A stretch of DNA of 46,988 bases from Hyphochytrium catenoides. Lineage: Eukaryota > Protista > Hyphochytriomycota. Where the stretch lies: the NCBI GenBank assembly GCA_900088475.1, contig FLMG01001768.1, positions 1-46,988 of the forward strand, read 5' to 3'. A program made the position numbers and the translations under genes. The notes beneath the pieces were generated by a model, which was given only the letters and a program-made list of their open reading frames with translations, was not told the DNA's origin and did not search any database. Below, piece by piece: positions 23,298-37,549 of the stretch; position 1 is the first letter of the stretch, and the number at the start of each line of letters is the position of its first letter.

Positions 23298-26200
23298 ATG
23301 GCTACGTCAAGCGCACCACCGAGCCATAAGCTTCAGGTTTGTCGTCTGTCCAGCTGCCATTTGCATGCGCTGCTTACTAAGCGAACTGTGAAATAGAAGC
23401 CTCGAATAAGCGCGGTGCTTCGCGTCATCCTCAGCTTATCGCCCGCTGAGGATGTGGACAGGGCATATCTAGACCGTCAAGAGCTTCTTGAGCGTAGGCT
23501 AAAGCATCTGACTCTGAATGAGCCCAGAAAGCATAGGAAGAATGCTGCGAATCTTATCGTGGGAGAGCCCTTGAGCTGGCAAGACTATGTAGAGGAGGCC
23601 TCTCCCTCATCTGTGCTGAAGAAGAAGAGAGGTGTCAAAGTGCAGGAAGCAAAGTCAAAGTTTTTTGAATTCATGGAGCTCATAGGAATCGCGGCAGGTA
23701 GTCCCCTTTCCATCCTCTACCACCCTGCAGACTCTGTCTTTGTCCTTTCTTTCACCCTGGTTCCATCCTCCCCTCCATTTTGATTTCTGGGGCTGCTCTG
23801 TGCCTTCTGCGCCTTACTGTCCCTCTTCCCAAAACGTAGGAGACCTCATCCCAGCCGGATCCGCTGCGCGGCTCGTGTACAATGTCATCGTGACAGAAGA
23901 GGAGACCGAAGAGAGGACAACCGGCACTAGGAGGAAGACGAGGCGTGACGTTGAGTCCACACTAGGGAAAATAACTGACCAACAGTGGAGAAAGCTAGAA
24001 GAAGTTGTGAAGCAGCTACGAGAGTGGCAGCGAGGGGAAGCGGATGCGTTTGACGAAGAAATGAAGGTCTCAGAAGAAGAGAAGAAGGAAGAAGAAGAGG
24101 AGGAAGCCGAGTTTGGCAGTGAGCTCCCTTACGCAGCACCAGAAGACAGAAATGCAAGTGCTGCATCAGGAGAGTGGTACTTCCAAGAAGAGGAACACGA
24201 AGACTTTGCGATCGCCGCTTCCGCTGTTAAAGCTAAGGATGTGCCCTCTCCGACGTCAGATACTGGCAGTGCAGCCTGGCTGCTCCGTCATTGCGAGGTA
24301 TAGTATAGTAACGAAGAAACGGCGGGCCGGGAAGAGAAAGGCTTATAGCCTCTCATTGGGAGGAGAGAGAACTTAAGAGAATATAGCGGAGGAACTCAGG
24401 AGAATGACAGGAGAAGATGATCAGAAATAAGAGGTGCTTAGCGGCGTGGCAGCCTAGGTTGTTGGCAGTATGGTTGGCACTTCCCAGGGAGACGAAGACC
24501 TCCTGAGGAGCACTGTCTGTTGCACACATAGCACAAGTGTTACCAGGCACCCCCATTCATCTTCGGGCTGACTAACTGCCACTATTTTTTCCACCCCGTA
24601 GGAGGTAGTTGCGCAGGGGACATCTCCTTTCTCGTCTGCGATTGAGTTAGGAGAAGCTCTGCTTCGGATACTGAAGGGGTCGCGAGCGGAGGAGGAGCTG
24701 CAGACAGAGCTCTTCGACCTCCTCGGCTTTGACCGCTTTGAATTCATGCAAGGGCTGCTGACGAGCAGGCAGCGGCTAAAGAGAATGGGAAGAGAAAACC
24801 TGGAAGCCGAACTGCTAGATTTTTCTGCAGGAACGGAGAAAGCTGGTCGGACAGCGCCAGCTCTGGTTGGTGCCTCAATATCAGGTATAGAGCACACTTG
24901 TACCAAGCGTGTTGAGCACAGCTTGAGCACAGCAAAGATGGGCTAGGCAGTGAGATAAGCGCAATCCAAAGCGTCTCCGTTCATTGCCATGCACTTTTGG
25001 CGCTGGACAGTCTTTGACAGTAGTGTCACGTGTTCGCAGTCATGACTGAAGAAGAGAGAAACCTTGAGAAGCTTCGGAGAAAGAAAGAACGTCAGAAGAA
25101 GAGCAGGGCAGATGAAGAGGGAGAAAATCAAGATTGGCTCGAAAGCATCGGCTTCGATGCAGCTCTCTTGAGGCAGGAACGAGCCCTCGGTAAATACATT
25201 GATCGTGAAGGCTTTGGTTTGTTCTGTCTGAAATCAACATTGATCTCTCTTATGGTCCTTCTCTCTTGCTCATGACTTGGTTATTAGGGCTGCAAAAGAA
25301 TGCTCAGTATCACAAGTCCTATATGGAAAATCCTTCCTTGTACCTCCAGGATGCTACAAAGCTTGAGTACTATGAGCCGAAAAGGGGACTGCCTAGCGGA
25401 GCCACTCGCAAGCAAGAACAAGGGTACGTTATAGTTGTAGAAAAGGATGACCGTAAGAACAGAGGCATTAAGCCTACTCCAGCTTGTCTGGGTAGATAGC
25501 TCATTTTGACTATTTATTTTCAACGGGACAACTTCGAGTGCTTTCTTACCCGACCGTGTATCTCGTCGACTTGGTTACCCTAACAGTTATTTCTGTCGTG
25601 CAGGTATATAGAGGTCTTCATTCCGGCACCAAAAGTAGAGCCTCTTGATCAATCTCAGCTGCGACCTATTACCATCCTCCCCGACTGGGCTCAACTTGCC
25701 TTCCCAGGCACCACTCATCTTAACAGACTGCAGTCCGCACTCTTTGATACTGCCCTCTTCTCAAATGAGAATATGCTGGTTTGCGCCCCCACAGGTACCC
25801 CAAAGCAAGAGATATGAGGTTACAGTGCTTAGCGACAGCGATGGATTTCCTGGACCTACCGTCCTGACTTATCCTCCTACTTTCGATGCCTCCTGTCCCA
25901 TACTGTGCCCTTTACCTGTCCCTAGGCGCAGGCAAAACGAATGTGGCAATGCTGACGGTAATGCAGCAATTGAGCCAGCACCTAGTGCAGGGTGTCATCC
26001 AGCGCCAGCACGTGAAAATCGTATACGTTGCGCCTATGAAGGCACTGGCGCAAGAAGTTGTAGAGAAATTCTCGGAAAGGTTACGCCCCCTAGGTAAAGC
26101 ACTTGGCCTATTCCTCCACTTTCTAATCTCTTAGCAACAGTGTTGAAAGTCAGTCACTTTTTGGTTAAGCGTCTCTACCCTCTCTTTTCTTGTGCTCATG

Positions 26201-29200
26201 GGCACTTAGTAGCAACCCTTTCTTCCTTTATTGGTGGGTATACTCCATTGTGCTCAACAATCCTTTTCTACTTCGGTGTCTGGACTCAGTGAACTTTATC
26301 ACACTTCCCCTTGGCATGTGGTCGTGCGACGGATACTAATTCTGTTTGTTAGGGCTAAGCGTGCGTGAGTTAACCGGCGACATGCAACTGACGAGACGTG
26401 AGATGGAAGAGACGCAAGTTATTGTTACCACACCGGAGAAGTGGGACGTCATAACAAGAAAGAGTGGAGATGGATCCCTGGTACAGCAGGTTAAGCTTCT
26501 TATCATTGACGAGGTAGGCCAGAGCTTTGTTTTATCGCGCGGCTTTAGGTCCAACTTTACAGTTCCTACTTCCTTGCCCATTTGAGTGCGCAAGGGGCCC
26601 TGCGTCTCTTGGGTGCATAATAACTTAATTGAGTGTTGAGGGCCTAGGTATCCTAGCGCTGTTTCAAGTCCTTGTCTTCCGGCCTAACCCTACTATGGAT
26701 AAAGGTACACCTCTTAGCGGATGACCGTGGTGCTGTCATCGAAACACTCGTTGCTCGTACCCTGCGCCTCGTCGAGACCTCTCAATCGCTCATCCGCATT
26801 GTTGGGCTTTCGGCGACCCTTCCCAATTACAAGGACGTTGGGGTCTTCCTAAGAGCCAACCCCAACACAGGTAGCTTGCGGACCAATCCTTGAAGTCATT
26901 ATGCAGCTTTTCGCTATCCTAACCTGACCTACGGTGGCGATGAACTTGCTCCTTTCTCTTCTTTCTCTTTTGAAGGCGCGGTTTGATATTAGTATCCCAG
27001 AGTGGAACACTATCGTCCATCTTTATCCTGCTCCTGCTCTTACCCTAACGTACGTCCATGTAGGAGTCTATTACTTCGATGGAAAGTATCGCCCTGTTCC
27101 ACTGGAACAGACTTTCCTAGGCGTAACAGAAAAAAGCCGTATCAGACAGCTTCAGACCATGCACAAGCTAGCCTACGAAAAGACCCTTTCAAGCCTTAGA
27201 GAGGGCAACCAGGTATGTTATCTGTTCTTCCAGCTAAATAGCTTAAGACTCAGTTGAATCGAGCCTGTGGCAGTGAAGGGGTCTTGAGATTTCCTTCTAT
27301 TGACCTAGCGAGGTGCCTCTTTCATATAACCCATTTGGTTACACCTACGTCTATCTCTTTATTATCATGGAATGACCAGGCCTTAAGATAGTGGTTCTCT
27401 TGCTCCTTGATAGGTGATGATCTTCGTGCACTCCCGCAAGGATACGTCAAAGACAGCTGAAGCAATTCTAGAGCTTGCGGCCAAGGCGAGCACAAGCGAC
27501 GAATTCCTCCCTGCATTTAACTCGAGCGGCAAATCTCCTCGTGAGACCTGGGTAAGCCATCATCAGCTTCTCCGTCTACCTCTCATCCTCCTGCAACCTC
27601 ACCTTCAGCGGCGTCCTGTCCAATCTGCATGCCTTAACTATTCCTCCTTTGACGCATTTTTCACATCACAGGCCAAAGAGGTGGCCAAGAGTAAGAATCC
27701 TGATGTCCGCACCTTGTTCGAGAAGGGTTGTGGCATCCACCATGCTGGCATGTTAAGGGTAGACAGGACCCTAACTGAGAAGTTGTTTGCTGCTGGTGCA
27801 ATCAAAGTCTTATGCTGTACAGCCACTCTAGCGTGGGGAGTTAACTTGCCTGCACACACCGTGATAATCAAGGGAACACAGATTTACAACGCAGGTAAAC
27901 CAGCGACAGCTTAGGTTCGGAAGAGTCGGTTACCGCTTTGTTACCTTAGCGGTCCTTTCCACTTATACAGCTTTCAACTTCATCTAGCCATTTAGCTGCG
28001 ATGGTTGATCACAGGCTTTTTGGTCTATGCTTCTGTTGTCCTCCCTCCCATCGAGACAGTTTGAATTGCCTCCTCAATTACCTGCTGACGTCTCTATGTT
28101 TTTATGATCTCTTGATGTATGTACAGAAAAGGGAGGAATGTCCGATCTTTCTATGTTGGATGTGATGCAGATTTTCGGTCGGGCAGGACGACCTCAGTTT
28201 GACAGCAGTGGGGAGGCAATCATGATAACTACGGACGACAAGCTTCCACATTACCTCGGCTTGTTGACACAGCAGACGCCCATTGAGAGTACTTTCATCA
28301 AGAGCCTACCGGATCACCTCAATGCAGGTACCTAGCGCGAAAGACAGTGAGAGTGTGACCAAGGCAGACGGTAGAAATAGAAGGGCTAACCTTTCTTTTG
28401 TTTATCAGAAATTGCCTCTGGCACCGTGACTAATGTTAAAGAGGCAATCTCATGGCTGAGCTACACCTACCTCTTCGTCCGTATGCGAGCCAACCCAATG
28501 GCTTATGGGGTCAGCTACGAGGAGAAGGCAACAGATCCACAACTACTAGAACACAGGCAAAAGCTTATTGACAGGGCAGCGCAGGAGCTGGATGATTGCA
28601 GGTGAGTCAGGAAGTGGAGAGCCGAAAGGCGACGGAAACTGGCATCCAACCATATTATGGGTTTCTTGCTGTCACATCTTCCTAATCAAATGCATCACGG
28701 CAGGATGATTCGCTACGATAAAAACTCTGGAAACCTTGCTGTGGTAGACTTGGGCCGTGTGGCTTCCCATTACTATGTGCGCCACGAGAGCGTGCGGATC
28801 TTCAACGAGACCCTTCACCCCCAACTCTCAGATCCCGATCTCCTACTTGTCCTATCCTCGGCCACAGAGTTTGAGAATTTGAAGGTTAGAGACGAGGAGC
28901 TGAAGGAGTTGGAGACATTGAAGAAGAAATGCCCATTAGAGGTCAAAGGAGGGCTGGAGAATGTCACTGGCAAAGTGAATATCTTGTTGCAGGCTTACAT
29001 CTCCAATCACCGAATCAACAGCTTCACCCTGGTCTCGGACACCAATTACGTTGTACAGAATGCGGGAAGGATAGCCAGAGCTCTCTTTGAGATCTGTCTG
29101 ACACGGAACTGGAGCAGTATGGCAGAGAGACTGTTAATCATTGCCAAGACAATTGATCGGCGTGTCTGGTGGTTTCAGTCTGCCCTGCGGCAGTTCAACA

Positions 29201-32200
29201 CCTTACCGGCAGAGGTGTTAAAGAAGCTGGAGGAACGACATGCCTCCTTAGAGCAGCTTTATGACATGGAGGCTACTGAGATAGGCCAGCTGGTCCATCA
29301 CGTTCGGATGGGTGATCGCTTAAAGCATCACATCGCTATGGTCCCATACATTCACCTGGAGCCCTCCGTGCAACCCATTACCCGGGGAATACTCAGAATG
29401 ACCTTGCAAATTACTGCTGAATTCTCATGGTCTGAGCGGTGGAGCGGGCCGTCTGAGCCCTGGTGGATCTGGGTAGAGGACTCAGACAATGAGCGGATCT
29501 ACCACTCCGAGTACTTCATTCTGCACAAGAGGCAGGCGCATGAGGTGCACACGCTGACCTTTGCAATCCCCATCTTCGATCCCATGCCGTCCCAATACTT
29601 CGTCCGGGTTGTGAGTGACCGCTGGGTGGGTGTGGGAAGTGTTTTCCCTGTCTCTTTCCAGCATCTCATTCTGCCAGAACGACACCCTCCACATACCAAC
29701 TTGCTGGACTTGCAGCCATTGCCCAAGGCCGCTCTGCAGAAGCCAGAGTACGAGCAGATCTATCGATTTTCGCACTTTAACCCTGTGCAGACGCAGATTT
29801 TCCATGTCCTCTACCACCGCCAAGATAACGTTCTGCTTGGTGCTCCTACCGGGAGTGGAAAGACTGTTGCGGCAGAGCTTGCCATATTTAATCTCTGGAA
29901 CAGCCGCCCGGGAGCTAAAGCCGTCTATATCGCACCATTAAAGGCCTTGTCAAGGGAAAGGTAAGCAGTAGGGTCACGACCAGTAGAGTTTGGAATCGGT
30001 GTATTGTCGAACTGCGCTGCAGCCCTTTGGGCTTAGGTCTCTTCGTTATCCCTCTTTGGCTACAACTTTTACCTCTACTACTGCCGCCTCAGCCTTTCCT
30101 TCTTATCTTAGAGTCCCTTAGTGGTTGTCACTTCTTGCCTGCTATGTGCCCTAAGTGCTCGCTGCGTGATTGGATGTCAGAGTCCAAGACTGGAAAAGGA
30201 AATTCGAGCCCATGGGTCGCAAGGTCATAGAGTTGACAGGAGACTCTGCACCAGACCTTCGTGCACTGAAGGTGGCAGACATTCTTGTCACAACCCCAGA
30301 AAAGTGGGATGGCGTGACTCGCAACTGGCAGAAGAAGGACTATGTCCGAAAAGTCCAACTGCTTATCATTGATGAGATTCACCTCCTGGGAGCCGACCGA
30401 GGGCCAGTTTTAGAGGTAACGATCCAAGAGATCTCCTTCTTGACCTCTATCCCTCTGTGCGTTTCATCTGTTACGCCATTTTGGCTTTCTAAATCTTCCT
30501 GACATCCACACTGCGCTAGTAACAATATCCTTCATGTCTACATCGGCAGGTAATTGTGTCCAGAATGCGTTTTATTGCTTCCCAAACCCACAGCCCGGTC
30601 CGATTTGTGGGCTTGTCAACAGCGCTTGCCAACGCGCAAGACCTTGCGGATTGGCTGGGAATTGAAGGGGAGGGGCTTTACAACTTTAGACCATCTGTCC
30701 GTCCGATTCCGATGGAAGTGCATATACAAGGCTTTCCAGGGAAGCATTACTGCCCACGGATGGCAACCATGAACAAACCGGCTTTCGCGGCGATCATGCA
30801 GCATAGCCCGACCCAACCAGTGCTAATCTTTGTCTCCTCAAGGCGGCAAACACGCTTAACTGCTCTTGACCTGATTAGCTATTGCGCGACGGAGGCGGAC
30901 CCCAAGCAGTTTCTGCATATGGAAGAAAGAGAGATGGATATGATTCTCTCGCAGATCCAGGACAAGTCTCTTAGACACACGCTAGCCTTCGGTGTTGGCA
31001 TCCACCACGCAGGACTGGCCGCTAAAGACCGTGATACGGTTGAAGAGCTATTCTGCAATGGTAAAATACAGATTCTGGTGTGCACATCCACTTTAGCGTG
31101 GGGAGTCAACTTTCCTGCCCACTTGGTCATTATCAAGGGCACAGAGTTCTTTGATGCCAAAAGCGGCCGCTATGTTGACTTTCCTATCACCGATGTCCTG
31201 CAGATGATGGGCAGAGCAGGACGACCTCAGTTTGACTCCAAGGGCATTGCCTGCATCTTTGTGCACGAGCCAAAGAAAGACTTCTATCGGAAATTTCTCT
31301 ATGAGCCCTTCCCTGTTGAGTCGTCCCTCTCTTCGGTCTTGGCCAATCACTTTAACGCTGAGATAGCGACTGGGACCATCTCCACCAAGCAGGACGCTGT
31401 GGATTGGTTGACTTGGACGTACTTCTTCCGTCGTCTGCTCCAGAATCCTTCCTACTACCACCTGGAGGACACGTCAAAAGAAGGAATCAACACATTCCTC
31501 TTGGACCTTGTAGACAGCGTCATGCGCCGGCTTGAGCTGGCAGACTGTTTGGAGATAGAAGACGACTTCCTGCTCAAGCCGACGCTATTGGGCCACCTGG
31601 CTTCTTTTTATTATTTAGAGTATAACACGGTCGGACTGCTGAGAAAGTTACTGGTCGGAGAGGCAAGGGATAAGAGAGGCGAGGCTGCGACTTGCCTTCT
31701 CATGAAAGCACTGGCATCTGCTCACGAGTTTGACGAACTGCCCGTGAGGCACAATGAAGATAAGGTGGAATTCTCTCTCTGTCCTAGCCTCTGTCCCACT
31801 TAAGCCGTGATGGCTCAGTCCTCGCAATTTGCTCAGAACTTGCTGTAAACCCTCTTCATTTGTTCTTACGGATATCTGTTGCTTATGGCCCTCAATGGAT
31901 TATCAGCTCTGCCAGATATCTTGCCACTGTCCATCATAGTTACTGTTTCCTGACGCATTTCTCTGCGCCTGATGATGTCTTTCGCAGTTGAATGAAGGCC
32001 TCGCCTCTCTGGTGCCATGGGATGCAGAAGACGTGGGACCTTTTGATTCTCCGCACACGAAGACATTTCTACTGCTGCAGTGCCATCTCTTCGCTCTTTC
32101 CCTCCCGATTGCAGACTATCATAATGACCTCAAGTCTGTCTTGGATCAGTTCCCTCGAGTTCTGAACGCGATGGTCGATATTGCTGCCTCTGAAGGGCTG

Positions 32201-32995
32201 TTGGGCTTGTCCTTTGAGCTAATGAGGCTAGCCCAACTTATATTCCAAGGCCAATCGCCACAGGATTCTAACCTCTTCGCGATGCCACACCTAGGGGAGG
32301 AGGAAGTTAAACAGTTGAAACGAAGAGGAGTGAAGGAGCTCAGACAATTGCTGGATCTCACCCCACAGACTATTAAGAAGCACCTAGGTGGCAGTCTTGG
32401 AGACCGACAGATGACTGAACTGCTAAGGGTTCTCACTGACATGCCTAGAGTGAGGCTTTCTTGCACGGTGGATGGCAAGCCAGTCGGAGCGGAAGCGCCG
32501 CTTGTCGTCAAGCAGGGAACAGAGATCGAGGTGCGGCAACTACTACATGTCACTGAGTCCGTAAACGTTGACATGTCTAGGTTCGAAACCTATTCTCCCA
32601 TATAGGCTTCATATGAACGCTTATCTGTACTATCTCTCTGCGCCTGGCTGGGACGTCATCTTTTCCCCCTCTAACACCAAAAGCCTTACTTTTAGGTTAA
32701 GGTCCGCATTGAGCTCAGGAATAAGGGTCGAGTGCGGCAACGAGCTTACACGCCACGCTATCACAAGCCTAAGGATCACGGCTTCTGGCTAGGATTAGGG
32801 CTGGACGATGAGGATGAGCTCCTGGCCCTGAAGAGAGTCCCACTTGGTTCAGGTGTGGAGACCTCTCTCCTTTATAAGGCCAGCCAGGTAGTCGGACCCA
32901 AAAGGTTACTGCTCTTCCTGAGATCGGATTGTGTGCTGGGTATAGATCAACAACAGTACCTTTCTGTTGAAGTGGTAGACGGAGAGAACAGCTAG
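23298..32995 (+). CDS. ASCC3: Activating signal cointegrator 1 complex subunit 3 (ASCC3/Slh1) Ski2-like helicase with two helicase-Sec63 cassettes, multi-exon
   Basis: Cassette 1 has [40 protein letters not shown] and [10 protein letters not shown]. Cassette 2 has [36 protein letters not shown] and [17 protein letters not shown]. An intact second-cassette DEIH and HYCPRM favour ASCC3 over BRR2. Confidence 0.93.
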
Positions 32996-35710
32996 GACGA
33001 GCAAATAAGACTATGAAATCCCTGCCTCTGTTGCGAGACGTGGTCGCATTGCAGCTTGTGGTCCGGGGCAAGCGCAAGGGTGGTCTGATAGGGCATCACA
33101 AGCGGCAGTCTTCCAATCTTGTGCTACACTATCACCTCTTTGACCGTCCTGAATGCTTTGTAATCTGCTTTTCCTGTTCTAGTATCGTTAACTTAGTCTG
33201 TCAGTGCGCCGCTTTCTCTTGCTGCAGCAGCGGAAGTTATGAGACTTCTTTTGATGATGTTTGCCTTACCAGGCACTTTTGTTCTTCTAACGTTACTAAA
33301 GGATGTGATGAGATGACAGAATAGTTTTCTCTACGGTTGACCTGAGTGCGCATGACCTGTTTAGAGACCGTTTCCTGGTGTTCACGTGCAGGCGACAACA
33401 ACAGAGAACAATACTCTCTCAGTAGCCACCATCTCAAACTTTCTTCGCCGCGGAGCCCTCGTGACTGATGATGTGTCGTGCTGCCGCTGCTTCTCCTGCT
33501 TAGTATAGCCTAGTTGAGCGCCAGTTATGGTCTTGCAGCCGCATGCTGGAGATGATAGATAGGTCAGACACAGTCCAGTCAGGGTTAGGATGGAGTGCAC
33601 CCAGGCCCCGTAACGAAGAGTTCGGCAGGGTAGGGTCGTCGCTAAACGGGCAACATTAGCTTGAATAGCCAAGGCCCATGATCGTTGATACGCCACTGTG
33701 CGACAAAACTCACAAATAAACATCAAGATAGCCTTGATGCGATGACAACGCATTGCTGCTCTCACTAACGCGCTCCAAACCCGGCCAAGAATGGACCAGC
33801 GGCACTTGCTTCACAGACCTGAAGAAATTATTTCCTCAGTTGTCCCACGAAGCGTATGGGCATTCGTAACTGTCACCTAGAGGAGGATCTTGGCAGTGTG
33901 CCTTCGTACCATGAACATGAACGTGATAGCGCCTGACTGAAGCGATATTCACCAGACTAAAACGGCTTGGAAGGTCACTTGGGACAATGACCTAGACCGC
34001 TAGGATCAGGTGTTCAGTCGCAGCAAAGGAGAGTCCAACGATCCTAGAGAAAGTGCTTCCAGTCCAACCCCCTTATAAAGAGTCATTTCTATCAAAGTGC
34101 ATCCCCTAGCTCCCAGCTGTCTTGAGGTATCGCTCTCGACGCTTCTTCTGGACCGTGGGAGCGGCCTTCCACTACTCCGGCATTGCTAATAAATGCACGC
34201 TCTAGGTTCTATTTTGTGGCGGCTTTAAGGGGTTATGGGTTCGTTCTATGGAGCTTACCAGCATATGGCACTCCTAACCCTAACCCATAGAAAGAAAGCT
34301 CTTGCCCCTCGAGGGGAACAGCTGAAGGTGGAATTTGCAATGAACTTATAGCCAAGTCCCTCATGGGTTGTCTGAAGCTAGGCTTAAAATCCTCGGCAAA
34401 CCAAGGCAGCGGCACCTTCCAAGAAGCTTCTACATGAATTTATGGCTTGTGACGAAGCATTGCTTATCTACAAGGCCAGCCGTGTTACCCAATACGCTCA
34501 ATTGAAGGTTAGGAAGCTGTCAGTGGCACGTTCGAGGTGGGCCTCATAGAATGGTCATAGTACTTTCGAGCAACGATGATGAAGCTCCTCTTTCTTTGAT
34601 ACTGCCTGCACACTCTTTCTAGCTCATAAAGAAATAGGCACACACCATCAGTAGTTCCGCGTCAGACGTTGAAATGGGCGGTGACATTATTACTAGGAGA
34701 AGATGAGCAACACCAGTCCCTATTGAAAACAGCTTGCAAACAGCAGCAATCTCCCCTTCCTTCACTGCCAGCGGAACACGATGTGGCCTTAAAACCTGTC
34801 ATCCAACGCTCTCAAGATCCACCGCGCAAGATTAGGATGAACGCTCCTGTTGCCAAGTACGCAAGAAGTCACATTCAGCACTAGGGTAATCGTTAGAGAA
34901 AGAGCAGCAATATCACGGTAAGAGTGGAGCGGCTGGGATGATAGTTGTGACTAATAAGTCACCACTTAGCCTTATTAACTTTGTTGACAGTAGAGAAAGA
35001 GATAACACAGCTGTCTACCTCCCCTTCGTACTACTAGGGGAAGATGCAACTGACGGAAAGGAGGTCACATTTTTCTCCTCTTTTGCTGATCCAGTTGGTC
35101 GGATGCGCTGACGGAGGGAGGGGTAGGCCAGCGTGCGGTCACACATAATCAAAGGTAGACGAGGGGAGAACAGAGCAAGAAGCCCAAAAACAGAAGACGC
35201 TTAACAGCTTGACTGATGGGGAAGACCTCCTGGTTCTCATCTTCTTCTTCACACCTCTTCACATCACCACGAACCACGAGGTCATGACTTTCTTTCGCCT
35301 GCTGCCCTTTCTTGTCCGTTCGTGCTCTCTCTACCCTATATCACCAACGACCGTGACAGAACAACGCAGGACAGCTGACAAGAGAAAGCAGCCACGATGA
35401 AAGGAGAGAAAAAGAAGGACAGGGGCGAAAGTCTTTCTCCAGAACTGCAACAACATCAGCGGCAGCACTAGCACCACCAGCAGCAGCAACTATGCATCAA
35501 GATCAACCGCAGCAGCAACCACAGACACAGCAAAGCGAACGGGCTGCTCTTATCTCTCTGTCTCTCTTATATATTTTGCTAACAATGTTGTTGTCCCTTC
35601 TAGTCCTCTTCTCTCGGTCTCCTGGTCGTCCTCTCTCGCTCGCATTGTCTTCCTTCATCTTGTCGACATCGAGCCCATCTATCGTCGCTTCCACCGCCCG
35701 CCACCGGCCG

Positions 35711-35806
35711 AGCAGCTCAGCAGCTCAGCAGCTCAGCAGCTCAGCAGTTCAGCAACTCAGCAGCTCAGCAGTTCAGCAGCTCAGCAGCTCAGCGGCTCAG
35801 CAGCTC
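35711..35806. repeat. 8-bp minisatellite (AGCAGCTC) x12
   Basis: 12 contiguous units, with variants agcagttc, agcaactc and agcggctc. Confidence 0.95.
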
Positions 35807-36240
35807 ACATCAGCCGTCACGGCCCCGGCGGGCGGCACGGAAGAGGTGGACGGCTCCTTTGCTTTAATCACTGAGAAGATGGTGCGTGACGGTCACTCCT
35901 AAGTCCTTGGGCATCATTCTTAACAAGTGACGACGGATTCCCGACAGTAACATTGCTGCCAAGCAGCACAACGGCGCGGGTGTTCTCTACATTCTAAATA
36001 TAGCAGCTTGCTTAGGGTGACGGTCTAAGGATAAATAAGCCTAAGCTAATAGTAGAGAGGAGTCAGGAAACGGCTGCTGTAACGGCCCCCAACGATGTGT
36101 GTTTGTCTGTCTGTCATCATCTTCCTCCTCTTCCTTCCTTGTCTTCTGTCAGCATCCTTCGCCTCTCTTCTTTCTCTTCTTTTGCTGTTTCCTTGCGTGC
36201 TGCGACACTGCTCATCCTCTCTCTTGAAGAAGAGTGGAGC

Positions 36241-36525
36241 GAGAGAATGAGGACATAGATAGATAGATGATAGTAGAGAAAGAGGGAACAGAGAGAGGGA
36301 AAAGAGGGGAGAGAGAGAGAGAGAAAGAGAGAGCGAGAGAGAGGGAGAGGGAGACAGAAAGAGACAGAGAGAAAGAGGGGTACAGAGAGAGGGAACAAGA
36401 GGGGACCACAGAGAGAGAGTGAGAGTGAGAGAAAGAGAGAGTGAGAGAAAGAGATAGTGAGAGAGAGAGAGAGAAGAGAAAGAGAGAGAGAGAGAGAGAG
36501 AAGAGAAAGAGAGAGAGAGAGAGTG

Positions 36526-36577
<52 letters not shown>

Positions 36578-36580
36578 AGA
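36241..36580. repeat. Imperfect (GA)n microsatellite
   Basis: Directly visible gagaga tract. Confidence 0.95.
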
Positions 36581-37549
36581 GGAGAAGAGGCTTTCAGCAC
36601 TCCTGGCGGTGGACAGCAACCATATGTTTGAGGTTAAGTCGTCGTGGCGGCGACTACGAGCTAGAGTACTGCTGAAGAGATCGTACAGAGTAACTGCTGA
36701 TCGGGTGCTGACTGCTCGCTGCTGCTGCGGTTGTCAGTGCTTCCCTGCTGAGGCTGTCTTAGGATAAGCGATACCAGCGCGGAGCACGGGCTGCCTATAA
36801 GAAGAGTGACATGATGAGGAGTGGCTGCTGGGCTGGGAGAGGAGGATGGAATAGCGGACAACTCGCTGGTCCTGTCCCTTATCACTTTGTTGTTCGTTGT
36901 GGGAGATTGCTTGAGAAGAAGGATAAGGATCTGCCGGGCACGTGCTCCGAGATAGAGAGAGAAGAGAAGGGGCAGTGGATGGCGGGGTCAGGAAAAGCTA
37001 AGGAAGTCAGTTATCCTCAGAGAATGAGAGAATAATCTTGAAGCGGGTCAGCCCATCTGCCATCAGGCAGGCAGCTAGACAGGGAGCAGAGGAGACTGGA
37101 TGGTGTCGCGGGGTATATCGTCTGCCTAATAATAGTAATAAGTCTGTCCAGAGCTCGCTCATGATGAGGAGGCAACCCTGGAGATTCGATGTTGGTCTAT
37201 TCATAGCGCACATAGAGAGGCAACGCGGAACAGGTGTCATGACAGAGATGGTCTCAATCCGCAGCGGACCTACTGGATTTATTCATCACTTGCACTTCCG
37301 CCCTCTCCAGCGTACACCACCTCCCAGCGTTCAGCAGCAGAGATAAATAACTTCCTTTTCAACGGTCATCCGACGGTCAGATTTCCCTGCAAACAACCTG
37401 CATCGTTGCCACCGTCGCCAGAGAGAAGAGCTCAGCCTCATCAAGCGGAATAGAAAGACGACACGGAAGTACTTACTTCTATCCTCATCGTCCTGGTGAG
37501 CTGAAAGCTTGCAGAAGGACCAACAACTGTTTGTTCTTCATCAGTCATC

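Noticed and set aside
20638-27671. Several stop-free introns of 3n length (20638-20706, 20912-20971, 27552-27671, also in the BSD gene) suggesting regulated intron retention
   Set aside because: With dozens of short introns in the window, a handful of 3n stop-free ones is expected by chance, and retention would disrupt conserved domains.
29482-32574. Antisense ORFs overlapping ASCC3 (and similar ones over PIMT and katanin)
   Set aside because: These are shadow ORFs of long GC-balanced exons with no recognisable motifs.
23298-32995. BRR2/SNRNP200 identity for the helicase
   Set aside because: The second cassette keeps intact DEIHLLG and [14 protein letters not shown] motifs typical of ASCC3/Slh1.
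1-33000. Alternative genetic code or non-canonical/introner-type introns
   Set aside because: Conserved genes splice with GT-AG and have no in-frame stops. I saw no shared sequence or terminal repeats among introns.
35711-35806. CRISPR-like or telomeric array
   Set aside because: The units are contiguous 8-mers with no spacers, there are no cas genes, and the motif is not TTAGGG-like.
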